A stretch of 64,000 bases of DNA. Source: Centroscyllium fabricii. Taxonomy: Eukaryota. Location: positions 35,712,001-35,776,000 of the forward strand of contig JBNRSN020000015.1 in NCBI GenBank assembly GCA_051313645.2, given 5' to 3'. The translations under genes were made by a program, and so were the position numbers. The notes below the pieces were generated by a model. It worked only from the letters and a program-made list of their open reading frames with translations. It was not told where the DNA came from and ran no database searches. This document shows, piece after piece, positions 37,943 through 50,223 of this stretch (position 1 is its first letter; each line of letters begins with the position of its first letter).

Positions 37943-39689
37943 TGAATCTTTAAGAAGGGGTGAATGTGATGAAACATATATGTTCATCAGACTGTGCTTT
38001 TCACCTGGATTTACCTGTACTGTGAATGTGTGGAATTTATGTACCGCCTACCTTTGTCTATTGTATATGTTGGGCTCCGGCCTTGTCTTTTGTCATATAA
38101 AGGACTCCAGAGCGGCTTGAGCCATTCGACCTGGAGAACTCAGTGTGGGATCATGCACCACAGTTCTTAGTTATTAAAAGCCTACCTTTAAGTCCTTAAA
38201 CCTCTCGCTTGGATTATTGATGGTCTATCACAACCTTCACACCAGGGAACAATGCAACAGCCTCGCAGAATGAAGCAAGTCAGCATATCCCACCAGGGGA
38301 AGTAATGCAGCCTTCATCATAAGACATAAAGCAGTTCATCTCCCAAGAACGAATGTGACATTCCTTGCAACAAGAAACAATGCATCATTACGCGCAAGAG
38401 AAAAATTGCTGCTCACCTCAAGAGGAAATAATGCTGCATTCCATAGAGGCAATCATGCAGTAAACATGGCAGGGTAACACTGTAGCTTTAACAGCCAGAA
38501 ACACTGCAGCAACAATGCAGAATATAATGCAGCATCCCTCAGAACAGGACACAATGCAGTATTGATTATGACAGGTAACCGTGTCATATTTTGTCAATGT
38601 TTTGACCATTATTACATGGAAAACATTTGGGAACGAGTTATATTGAAATGATAACATTTACATTAAAGCGAGTCAACAATTTTCTTGCTTGCAGCTAAGA
38701 CCAGAGAAACCATTAAAGTTACATTCCCTACAGTCTGGGACAATGTGGGTGGCCTTGTTATCTTCTCTCAGAGCTCCCAGAAACCGTCTGCACCTATTAT
38801 TATTGTATTGCCCCTATTTATTTGAGCTCTGCAGGGGTCAATTGTTAGGATGGCCCGGTGAGTATCTGCTCTGAGGCATGAGGTAGCAGGCTTGATTGAC
38901 AGCTCCGTGGACCAAGTCCTGAACATGAGGAGGAATTAAGGGCCAAGCCTTTCTTCCTGGGCTCACCAGTAATAAAAAGAGCAAGACACTTGGTCAGTCA
39001 ATTCCAACAAAGGCTGTAAGAGGCAGGGGTTCGCCACAGCTGGAAGCTAAGCATACAGCTGGCCAATTTTTACTGCTAAAGGCTGAGCTGAAAGGAAGGG
39101 ACGATTAAAAGTGAGCATTCTGCCCAACATTTGGGAGAGTGCAATACATTTTGTTCCTTTACATATTAATGGAAGTTAAGGAAGTCTAGAAGTACCGTCC
39201 CATCCAGTCACGTGTATTATGCAAAATAAACCAGCTTCTTGATTTTACACTGACCTGGTCTCATCAGAATGTTCATCAGTTCCACCTCCCAGAAGATTGG
39301 AGAGCTGCATATGAGGGTATTTCAAAGGATGCAATATCCAGTTGCGATCACAAAGGGCTCCCTGTTGTTACCCCCTTAAGTTATGCCATCGTATAATTAG
39401 ACATTGGATAATACAGGCAATGTACTGAATGTCACAGACAAGGGCCCGCCATGGGCGTGACCAGTGCCACTGTGCCAAAGGCAGACCCATAAATTTATAC
39501 CACGCCAGTTGCTAGAGGAAACATTGCATCAGTTCTCAGTGCCAATGCAGTATCATTTGCAGCAGGAAATAGTGCAGCAACTCAAACAGGAAATAAAACA
39601 GCATCCCCACATAAAAAAAAGTACCATTTCAACAGGAAGCAAGCAAGCATCACCTGAAATACGAAACAATGCAGTGTCTCTTATAATAG

Positions 39690-39814
39690 AATCCTGAGGA
39701 TGGAGCAGCGCTTCGAAAGCTTGAGATTTCAAATAAAACTGTTGGACTACAACCTGGTGTTGCATGACTTCTTACAATTGTCCACCCCAGTCCAACACCG
39801 GCACCTCCACATCA
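39690..39814. mobile_element. Single-arm copy of the same family as 54524-54750
   Basis: Same sequence and terminus. TSD TCTCTTATAATAG at 39677-39689 and 39815-39827. Confidence 0.85.
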
Positions 39815-40675
39815 TCTCTTATAATAGGAATCAGTGCTGTATCCCTCACGAGATAAAACACCACATGCCTCACACAAAACAATGCAACAACTTGAATTGG
39901 AAACCATGCAGCATGTCATAATGAAAAAATGCAGAGGCCCTCGCAACAAAAAACGACAAGATCCATCTGAGCAAGAAACAATGCCACATGCCTCACAAGA
40001 GAAAGCAATGCTCTGTTCATCACAAGAAACAACACACCCTGATCAAAAGAGACAATGCAGACTTTTTCGTAACAAAATAACGCCGGACTCCTCACAGGAA
40101 AGAGGGCAGCATTCAGCACAATAGCAAACAATGAAACATCAGATCACAACAGAAAACAACACAGCGCACCTCCCCACAGGAAAGAACGGCCGAGAATTTT
40201 CTCAGCAAAGTTATGGCGGCGGGGTGGGAGCAGCTCCGAAGAAATTCCTGGCCAACGAGTCATCTCTCACAAAGGGAAAGAGTGCACGGGCCCTTTGGAA
40301 CAACAATGCTGCAGCTGATCGAAATGCTGCAGTTGCCTCCAAACTTAAACACCGCAGCACACCTCATGGGAGAATGCAACATGCGCTACAACAGGAGACA
40401 ATGCAGCATCGATCGCTGCAGGAAGCATTGCATCATTGCTTGCAACAGCAAATTTACATGCAACCACAAATCTGCAGCATCCCCTCACAACAGATAAATC
40501 ACAGCATCCCTCACGACAGGAAGAAGCATTAGATATCCTTCACAATGAAAAAAAACTATGCAGCACCCCTCACGACAAGAATCACTGCAGTACCCACGCA
40601 ACAGGACGTAATCCAGCAACCCTTGCAAAAGGAATTATTTCTTGGAACCTCACAAACTGTTCAGCATCACACAGA

Positions 40676-40935
40676 ACATGAAACATAGAAACATAGAAGA
40701 CAGGAGCAGGAGTAGGCCATTCGGCCCTTCGAGCCTGCTCCGCCATTCAATGAGATCATGGCTGATCATCCAAACACAGTACCCTGTCCCTGCCTTGTCC
40801 CCATATCGCTCGATCCCTATCGAGCCTGCACCGACACATATCCCACCCTATCCCCGTAACCCCACATATTCAATCCCCCTAACACTAAGGGTCAATTTAT
40901 CATGGCCAATCAACCTAACCCGCACATCTTTGGAC
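40676..40935 (-). mobile_element. 5'-truncated HE1-type SINE body joined to a longer CR1-type 3' tail
   Basis: 40820-40935 matches 33250-33365. 40676-40820 matches CR1 3' UTRs. Confidence 0.75.
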
Positions 40936-41491
40936 ATCTCTGAAACAGTGCAGCATCCTCTGCAAAAGAAAACAATGCAATTTGCAGCAGCCCTAACAGG
41001 AAGCAAAATGGCTCCCTTTCCATTAGAAAGCAATGGAGCACACCTCACGGGAAACTGCAGCATCACAACAAGCAGTGCAGTATTTCTTGCAATGAAATGT
41101 AGCATCTGTCACAAGAGAAACATTGCATGATCCAACCAAACCAGAAACCATGCAGCTTCCCTCAACCGGAAACCGTGCAGCTTCCCTCAACCGGAAACAG
41201 TACAGCAGTCACTGCAGCAGAAAACTTTACAGCATCTCTTCCAACAACAAGCAAGCAGCATTCCTCATCAGAAACACTGCAGCGTTTCCTGTCACTTTGG
41301 AAGTTTTGTTTGATCTTTAATTGGGGGAAAAAAAGAGAAAATGCCCAATCTTAAGCAAGAGAAAGTCAAACCAGTTCCTATCCCACCAGATCCTGGCTCT
41401 GTTCAGGTGGGTGAAAAAAACTGGATCAGGAGATGGCGTTCAGAATCCAACCTCAAACTCCAATCGTTTCTCCTTCTCACGTGTCACGTAC

Positions 41492-41595
41492 CCTCTTGTT
41501 GGTTGCACTGGATGCAGTGGAGGATGAGAGGATGGAGTCGGTCATGTTCCGTTTGGTGGTGAGGTTGTTCATGTTGAGTCGGGCTTTGGCTTTCT
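41492..41595 (-). CDS. PPP1R12C: Exon (EKAKARLNMNNLTTKRNMTDSILSSSTASSATNKR), 104 bp
   Basis: ttttggtttgacag| acceptor, AGG|gtacgt donor. Phase 1-0 bridges the flanking exons exactly. Confidence 0.85.
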
Positions 41596-42414
41596 CTGTC
41601 AAACCAAAAGACACAATTAACAGTTAACAACTGAAAGTAAGAGTAAGGCGAGTCTGAGTTTCCACTTCCCCACCCCAAACACACGTATCAACTGATATAG
41701 AGGTGGAGCCCCTAAGAAGGGAGTGTCTCCATCACCAACAACATCCTCAATATGAGATCAGCAAATGACTTAGAGTGTTACTATGCGGGGTTGTGCTGGC
41801 CCGAGAAATTACATGGGGTCCTGAGCCAGTCAGGAGCCCTGAGCGGATCCCGTCCCCGTGTCCGTCTGTGACTGGTAGCATTGTTAGGTCCAGGCAGGCT
41901 GAGCTCTTGGCCTGACATACTCCGTTTCTGCTCGACTGGTCTATATGGACCCTCCCCCATCATTGGAGAAATTTGGAGCTGAATTAGGGCTCTGCAACCT
42001 GGGCAATTGCACAGAGTCAGTGCCCCCGAGCAGATTCAGTCCACAAACCGAACCTTTGCACGGAGCCCTCGCAAGGCAAACGCTTCCCCTGCCACCAGGA
42101 ACTCTGCTCTTTCTATCCCAGAGTTTAAATGCCATCAGTCATCACTTGTTCTGCGGTGGTAGTAGCATGCACAGAACAATGTGAAATCTGCAGCATCCTC
42201 ATTGAAGTTGATTGTCCATTAGTGCAATTTCAGGTTTTCTGTCCTCATAGCAACAACAAGTGCCTAAGATATCTGTCCCTGATAGAATTGCCGCCAGCTA
42301 CACCGTGTTACATCAGATAACACCCAGAAAGTCAAACACCTGAATGTGGCTGAGAGATTTGGTATTAGGTGGTGCTGGGGAGGTGGGGGCGGGTGATGGT
42401 GCAGGGTAGGACAA

Positions 42415-42905
42415 CAGGGGTGCAAAAAAGGTTCACTAGATTTTTTCCTGGGATGAGAGGGCTGTCCTATGAGGAGGGATTGAATAGAATGGGCCTACAT
42501 TCTCTGGAGTTTACAAGAATGAGAGGTGATCTCAATGAATTGTATAACTTTTCTTTTAAGAGGGTTTGACAGGGTAGATGCTGAGAGGCTTTTTCCTCTG
42601 GCTGGAGAATCTTCAACTAGGGGTCATAGTTTCAGGATAAGGGGTCAGCCATTTAGGACTGAGATGAGAAATGTCTTTACTCAGTGGGTGGTGAATTTTT
42701 GGAATTCTCTTCCCCATAGGGCTGTGGATGCTCAGTTGGCGAGTATATTCAAGACAGAGAGCGATAGATTTGGGGGCACAAAGGGAATCAAGGGATATGG
42801 GGGTAGGGCAGGAAAGTGGAGTTGATGCAGAAGATCAGTCATGATCTTATCAAACGGAGCAGGCTTGATGGGCCGTATTGGCCTACTCCTGCTCCTATCT
42901 CTCAA
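42415..42905 (+). mobile_element. CR1 LINE 3' fragment
   Basis: ORFs 42369-42569 and 42526-42825 (VQKRFTR, VNFWNSLP). Confidence 0.9.
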
Positions 42906-43138
42906 GTTCTTGACCCTTTGATTTTTTTCTCCTTACCCGACTTCCACCGAGTGCCTTCTTCAGACAAGCCGCTGGGTACAAGGCCTGAACTTGGGTGAGA
43001 TCTTGGGATTGAAGATCATGCCCATGGCTTTATAACAGAAAACAATGGAACACCAGCTCCAGGACTCATTCCCATTAAGAGATACTTAAAGCGCTCCCCC
43101 CCACCGACAGAAGCGGAGCTTACTGCCCTTTGACTTAC

Positions 43139-43308
43139 CAGCCTCTGATTCAGCTTCATACGGTATCTCCTCCTCAGAACTTGAGCCATTCAGCTTCTTC
43201 CTGTCTTCCTCATCGTTGACGTGCTCCAGCATCACGGACTCTAGTGTCTTGCGCTCCTTGTCGTGCATTGATATTTTATCTTTGCTGCTCATACGGGAAA
43301 TAGAAGTC
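43139..43308 (-). CDS. PPP1R12C: Exon (RTSISRMSSKDKISMHDKERK...SSSEEEIPYEAESEA), 170 bp
   Basis: ccaccag| acceptor, G|gtaagt donor, phase 2-1. RRTSISRMSSKDKIS resembles PPP1R12C RRSSVCRLSSREKIS, the main reason for calling 12C rather than 12A/12B. Confidence 0.9.
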
Positions 43309-43919
43309 CTGGTGGGATAACGGATTAGCTCCGGTTGGCTGTTAGTGTGATGCGTGCAGGCCCAGGACGAGGTAAGCAAGTTCCATCTCTCAGGGTTAGA
43401 CACAAAACTCAAACAGGGTATAAAGGAGCCACTCTCCAGCAGACAGCAGACAGCGCTTATGGGGGCGCTGATGGCAAAGGCTGTCCAACTTAACATAGTG
43501 TGGAGGTGCCGGTGTTGGACAACTTAACATAGAGCTCCAATGTTGCATCCAACTTTTGAAACAATACTCTCGCAGCACTCTACCTTCCTGTGTAACACGC
43601 TCGCAGCTCTGCGTTATCCTGTGCAACACTCTCCCCTACTCTATTAACATGAGTAAGTTCTGTGACCCTGTGTGTGGCACTTGCAGCTCTATTGTAATGT
43701 GTGTACATTCCCAGAACTCTATCATTCGATATGCAATATGTCCTTGGCTCACAAGAAAAGCATGGTCCTGGCTTTCCACTATGCTGCAAGTAACACATTC
43801 TGAGCACTCTGTTATCCTGTGTTTTCCCAGCTCTCTTATTATCTGTAATACACTCGCAGCTCCATGCAGCAGCCACAGCTCTGAATTCTTCTGAAATGCA
43901 CTCCCAAGATCTCTTCTAT

Positions 43920-46900
43920 TGTAACACACCCCCAGCTCAGTTACGGTGTGTAACACCCACCCCCCTCCCCAGCTCAGTTACGCTGTGTAACACCCCCCCA
44001 GCTCGGTTACACTATGTAACACCCCCCCAGCTCAGTTACGCTGTGCAACACACCCCCAGCTCAGTTACGCTGTGTAACACACCCTCAAGCTCAGTTACGC
44101 TGTGTAACACACCCCCAACTCAGTTACATTGTGTAACACCCCCCCAGCTCACTTACGCTGTGTAACACCCCCCCAGCTCGGTTACACTGTGTAACATAGC
44201 CCCAGCTCAGTTACGCTGTGTAACACCCCCCCAGCTCAGTTACACTGTGTAACATACCCCCAGCTCGGTTACACTGTAACACACTCCCAGCTCAGTTACG
44301 CTGTGTAACACCCCCCCAGCTCGGTTACACTGTGTAACATACCCACAGCTCGGTCACACTGTGTAACACACCCCCAGCTCAGTTACGCTGTGCAACACAC
44401 CCCCAGCTCAGTTACGCTGTGCAACACACCCCCAGCTCAGTTACGCTGTGTAACACACACCCAGCTCAGTTACGCTGTGTAACACCCCCCCAGCTCAGTT
44501 GCACTGTGTAACATACCCCCAGCTCAGTTACACTGTGTAACACACTCCCAGCTCAGTTACGCTGTGTAACACACCCCCAGCTCGGTTACACTGTGTAACA
44601 TACCCCCAGCTCAGTTACACTGTGTAACACACTCCCAGCTCAGTTACGCTGTGTAACACCCCCCCAGCTCGGTTACACTGTGTAACATACCCCCAGCTCA
44701 GTTACGCTGTGTAACACCCACCCAGCTCAGTTACACTGTGTAACATACCCCCAGCTCGGTTACACTGTGTAACATACCCCCAGCTCGGTTACACTGTGTA
44801 ACACACTCCCAGCTCAGTTACACTGTGTAACACACCCCCAGCTCAGTTACGCTGTGTAACACCCCCCCAGCTCGGTTACACTGTGTAACATACCCCCAGC
44901 TCGGTTACACTGTGTAACATACCCCCAGCTCAGTTACGCTGTGTAACACCCCCCCAGCTCAGTTACACTGTGTAACATACCCCCAGCTCGGTTACACTGT
45001 GTAACACACTCCCAGCTCAGTTACGCTGTGTAACACCCCCCCAGCTCGGTTACACTGTGTAACATACCCCCAGCTCAGTTACGCTGTGTAACACCCCCCC
45101 AGCTCAGTTACACTGTGTAACATACCCCCAGCTCGGTTACACTGTGTAACATACCCCCAGCTCAGTTACGCTGTGTAACACACTCCCAGCTCAGTTACAC
45201 TGTGTAACACACCCCCAGGTCGGTTACACTGTGTAACACACTCCCAGCTCAGTTACACTGTGTAACACACCCCCAGCTCAGTTACGCTGTGTAACACACC
45301 CCCAGCTCAGTTACGCTGTGTAACACCCCCCCAGCTCGGTTACACTGTGTAACATACCCCCAGCTCGGTTACACTGTGTAACATACCCCCAGCTCAGTTA
45401 CGCTGTGTAACACCCCCCCAGGTCGGTTACACTGTGTAACACACTCCCAGCTCAGTTACGCTGTGTAACACACCCCCAGCTCAGTTACGCTGTGTAACAC
45501 ACCCCCAGCTCAGTTACGCTGTGTAACACCCCCCCAGCTCGGTTACACTGTGTAACATACCCCCAGCTCGGTTACACTGTGTAACATACCCCCAGCTCAG
45601 TTACGCTGTGTAACACCCCCCCAGCTCAGTTACACTGTGTAACATACCCCCAGCTCGGTTACACTGTGTAACACACTCCCAGCTCAGTTACGCTGTGTAA
45701 CACCCCCCCAGCTCGGTTACACTGTGTAACATACCCCCAGCTCAGTTACGCTGTGTAACACCCCCCCAGCTCAGTTACACTGTGTAACATACCCCCAGCT
45801 CGGTTACACTGTGTAACACACTCCCAGCTCAGTTACGCTGTGTAACACCCCCCCAGCTCAGTTACATTGTGTAACACCCCCCCAGCTCGGTTACACTGTG
45901 TAACACACTCCCAGCTCAGTTACACTGTGTAACACACCCCCAGCTCAGTTACATAAGAACATAAGAACATAAGAAATAGGAGCAGGAGTAGGCCAATCGG
46001 CCCCTCGAGCCTGCTCCGCCATTCAACAAGATCATGGCTGATCTGATCCTAACCTCAATTTTATTTTTACTCTCCACCCCGCCCAGACCAATGTGATCAC
46101 CTGGGAGAGGTGAAAAACCAGATTTTAAAAAAAAGTGAGCCAATTTTGGAAAAAAAAATAAAAAAATCAGGAAAATTCCTCTCCGACCCATCTAGGCGAT
46201 CGAAAACTGGTCCAGGAGATCACATGGCCGATCTGAACCTAGCCTCACGTCCACTTACCAGCCCGTTCACCATAACCCCTAATTCCCTTTAATTCCAGGA
46301 AACTGTCTATCTCAGTTTTAAATTTATTCAACGTAGTAGCTTCTACAGCTCTCTGGGGCAGCAAATTCCACAGCTGCACCACCCTCTGAGTAAAGAAGTT
46401 CCCCCTCATCTCAGTTTTGAAATGGGAGCCCCTTATTTTAAGATTATGCCCCCTAGTCCTAGTCTCACCCACCATTGGGAACATCCTCACCGCATCCACC
46501 CGATCAAGCCCTCTCACAATCTTATATATTTCAATAAGATCGCCTCTCATTCTTCTGAACTCCAATGAGTAGAGGCCCAATCCACTCAGCCTCTCGTCAT
46601 ATGTTAGCCCCCTCATCCCCAGAATTAACCTAGTGAATCTTCTCTGCACTGCCTCGAGAGCAAGTATGTCCTTTCTTAAATAGGGACACCAGAACTGCAC
46701 GCAGTATTCCAGGTGAGGTCTCACCAATACCCTGTACAACTGCAGCAAGACCTCCCTGCTTTTATACTCAATCTCCCTAGCAATAAAAGCCAACATTCCG
46801 TTGGCCTTCCTTACCACCTGCTGCACCTGCATATTAACTTTCTGTGTCCCCTGCACCAGGACCCCCAGATCCCTTTGCACTGAAGTACTTTCCAGTTCCT

Positions 46901-47720
46901 TTCCATTTAGATAATAACTCGCTCTATTATTTTTCCTGCCAAAGTGCATAACTTCACATTTTCCAGTATTATACTCCATCTGCCAAATCTCTGCCCACTC
47001 ACTTAGCCTATCTATGTCCTTTTGCAGGTTTTTAATGTCCTCCTCATTCATCACCCTCCCTCCCATTTTTGTGTCATCCGCAAACTTTGATATGTTGCAC
47101 TTGGTCCCTTCTTCCAAATCGTTAATATAGATTGTAAAGAGTTGGGGTCCCAGCACCGACCCTTGCGGAACACCACTAGTGACTGACTGCCAGTCTGAGA
47201 ACGAACCATTTATCCCAACTCTCTGTTTTCTGTTAGAAAGCCAATCCTCCACCCATGCCAGAATATTACCCCCAACCCCGTGATTTTTTATCTTGAGTAA
47301 TAATCTTCTGTGGGGCACCTTGTCAAATGCCTTTTGGAAGTCCAAATACACCACATCCACTGGTTCCCCTTTATCCACCCTATATGTTATGTCCTCAAAG
47401 AACTCTAGCAAATTTGTCAAACATGACAAATGTACATTGTGTAACACCCCCCCAGCTCAGTTACATTGTGTAACACCCCCCCCAGCTCGGTTACACTGTG
47501 TAACACACTCCCAGCTCAGTTACACTGTGTAACATCCCCCAGCTCAGTTACGCTGTGTAACACCCCCCCAGCTCAGTTACGCTGTGTAACACCCCCCCAG
47601 CTCAGTTACACTGTGTAACACCCCCGCCCCCCCAGCTCAGTTACATTGTGTAACACCCCCCCAGCTCAGTTACACTGTGTGACACACTCCCAGCTCGGTT
47701 ACGCTGTGTAACACACTCTC
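43920..47720. repeat. 30-bp satellite CCCAGCTCAGTTACACTGTGTAACAYACC(C) with palindromic core, split by a CR1 at about 45952-47430
   Basis: Roughly 67 + 9 units by length. GTTACAC-T-GTGTAAC core with a GTTACGC variant. Confidence 0.97.
45952..47430 (-). mobile_element. 5'-truncated young CR1 LINE with an uninterrupted RT C-terminal ORF
   Basis: ORF 46245-47447 has YLDFQKAFDKV, GVPQGSVLGP and KFADDTK. (TTCTTATG)n tail at the left end. Confidence 0.97.
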
Positions 47721-48516
47721 AGCTCTCTGTTGCACTGTTATAGCCTCGCATGTTCTCCTTCATTCTCAGCTTAGCACATTTGTTAAGTCATATTTTATTG
47801 TGATTTTAAATAACTGAACTGCCTTTCCTTCCAGTGTAGTGGGAATGACGCTGCTGTCTTGGTGCTGGAGCCTACTCATGAGGGAATGCTGGAGCCGTTC
47901 TTTTGTACCCTGTTGGACCTCAAAGCACAAAACAATCACTGAGCCCCTGGCGAGGGCCCAGAGACCAGTCCTCACACAGCATTTTACTGGGTGAGGCATC
48001 ACACTCTTTTGTCCAGTGAAAAAGCCGATACAGTGCAGCCGACTTCCAATCAACTTGTACGAGGCCAGGCCTCAGCACACAGTGCAGTCCTCATCACTAC
48101 AGGGTTCCTGCAACACTCCCTGCTTTACAGCATTTCCCTGCCTCCCTCCCTGTCCCTCTTAACAGCAATGTATTTGGAGCATTCATTTAGCCTAACTCTT
48201 ACTTTTTGAAATCTTTTTAACGCTTTAACATAGGAACAGCTAGACAATAACAAACTAAGGTCCATCTTAGTTTGCCCTCTATCATCCTGGTAGTCGCACG
48301 ATACAGTGAAACGGTGATGTTGATTAATCATGACCATCAATATTTAGGAATGTTTTAAAAGATACAAGAAAGAAATAGTAATAAGCGTAGGGCTCATACA
48401 TCCGTCAGGAGCAGGAGATTGCAATGGGACAGGTTCTGGGGTAGGCGGTCAAAAAACGGATCAAACATATAAGGAATGAGTGAAATAGAAACACCAGAAT
48501 ATCTCCGGCAGGGGCC

Positions 48517-48518
<2 letters not shown>

Positions 48519-48555
<37 letters not shown>
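48519..48555. repeat. Poly-G tract (37 nt)
   Basis: Direct reading. Confidence 0.9.
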
Positions 48556-48556
<1 letters not shown>

Positions 48557-48879
48557 GGAACCAGTGGTCAGCAAGGATTTAGAAGCAACAATGTCATGTC
48601 TCACAAACCTACTGGAAATCTTTGTGGAGGTAATTAACTGCGATTTTCAGAAGACATTTGATAAGGTTTCACATCTGAAGCTCAAGTCCCATTGAATTAA
48701 TCGTAGGTAATTTAACTGGATTAGAAAGTGGGTCAAGAATAGGGAACAGGGGATGATAGTAGGTCTATTAGGAGCGCCGTGCTCTACAGTCCTAAATTAC
48801 TTTTGGTCCTGCTGGTATCCCTCCTGTCATCTGCAATGTGTGGTGTTGTGCACTGTCTTTGCAATCTCTTACTCTATCA

Positions 48880-49800
48880 GTGCTGCTTTCTTTTTTTCCC
48901 ATGTTCCCCAAATAGCTAAGAAAAGTAATCTGTCCCACCTTTCAAATTACCTTCCCTATTACTATGGAAGCTGCTATTAAAATTATCTATTACCTTCAAA
49001 GTTCTGCTCCAATACACACTCGCAGGTATGGTTTTCGACAGGACTATTCCTCTGGCAATCCAGTTGCCGATACTATTCACAACAATAAATCTCCTCCTGA
49101 ACACTTCAGTGAATCATCTGTCATTGCCTTCGACACCTGTAATCTTTTGACAGGCTCTGGCATTGTGCACTTCTAAACAAATCACCATCATATGAGTTCC
49201 CAGCTCCAAAGCCATGTTCAAGGCCGCCTACTTTTGTATCAAATCATTCCAGCTGTGCTGTAGTTAGTGCCTTACCCTCTGACTTTTTTCCATTCCCCTG
49301 GTCTCCATCCTCTCTCAGACCTTTCTTCTTCACATCAGTGACCTCTTTCACTTGTCATCCAACCCAATCTTTGCTGATGATTCCACTGTACATTCCTCAA
49401 CTTCCTTCAGAATGCATTCTCTCAGTGCTCACAACCTCCGGTCCTCACAGTACAAAAACTGAATCATTGCATCCTTTCTAGCACCTCTCGACATGGCTCA
49501 AGAAAAGCTGGTTCTGATAGACAACTCTTTTACCGCTAAGCTCCGAACTCTCCCTCCTCCAACCTTTGTCGTTATTTCATCGACACAACTATGGTGAAGG
49601 ATCCTGTGAACTTTCCCCTTTGTTCTTCCGATGCTCCAATATGACGTCCTATATGTTCTTTTTCCTTACAATCCCACTGTGTTCAAGTCAAGACTCATCA
49701 CATCATCTTCTCTAATTCATTATTTGCCAAAATCTGATAACTGTGGAACTCCTTGCATCCTTTAGTCTTGCCATCCTCTTGCATTCTTCAAGCTTTAAAA
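48880..49800 (+). mobile_element. Highly decayed non-LTR RT fragment, distinct from the local CR1 copies
   Basis: Remnants SNYLP, RYGFRQ, ESSVIAFD, FADDST and LWNSL. Flanked by old CR1 pieces at about 48590-48760 and 49990-50215. Confidence 0.6.
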
Positions 49801-50223
49801 AATAAACCTGGACATCCCTTAACCACTACTTCCTGATATAACTCATCTTTGTGCCAACTCTTTTCAACCATGGTCCTTCACCCTTTGTCTAGCGCTCTCA
49901 ATTTTAGAACATGCTAATTGTGTCCTGGGATCCACCTCAAGGATGTTTGACTACAGGTGTTTCTAACTTTGTACAGGTCACTGGTGAGTTGACATTTTGA
50001 CTGTTGTGTTCCAGTTTAGTCACCATTTTTAAAAGGACAAATTAATATATTAAAAAGGGCGCAGAGAAAGGTGAAAGATGATTATGGACATAGGGCTCTT
50101 AAGTTTGAGGTTAGACTCAGAGAACTGAGCTGGTTTTCATTGGAGAAAGACTGAATGAGGCATGATTCAGGTCTTTAAAATACTGAGAGGAATGGATAAT
50201 GTAAATGTAATCAGGACATTTTA

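Larger units (their letters stand above)
33772..38230 (+). mobile_element. Gypsy/Ty3 LTR retrotransposon 3, no tRNA PBS
   Basis: 266-bp LTRs 33772-34037 and 37965-38230 with TG...CA ends. TSD CAATC/CAACC (one mismatch). PPT TAAGAAGGGGTGAA. Confidence 0.96.

Noticed and set aside
43920-45951. CRISPR-like array (30-bp palindromic repeats)
   Set aside because: Units are head-to-tail with no unique spacers, there are no cas genes, and the context is a vertebrate intron.
46245-47447. 400-aa RT ORF as a domesticated gene
   Set aside because: Ordinary 5'-truncated CR1 whose apparent start lies in satellite sequence. Its intactness is explained by young age.
48519-48555. Poly-G as a functional G-quadruplex element
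   Set aside because: Homopolymer length is unreliable in assemblies and there is no supporting context.
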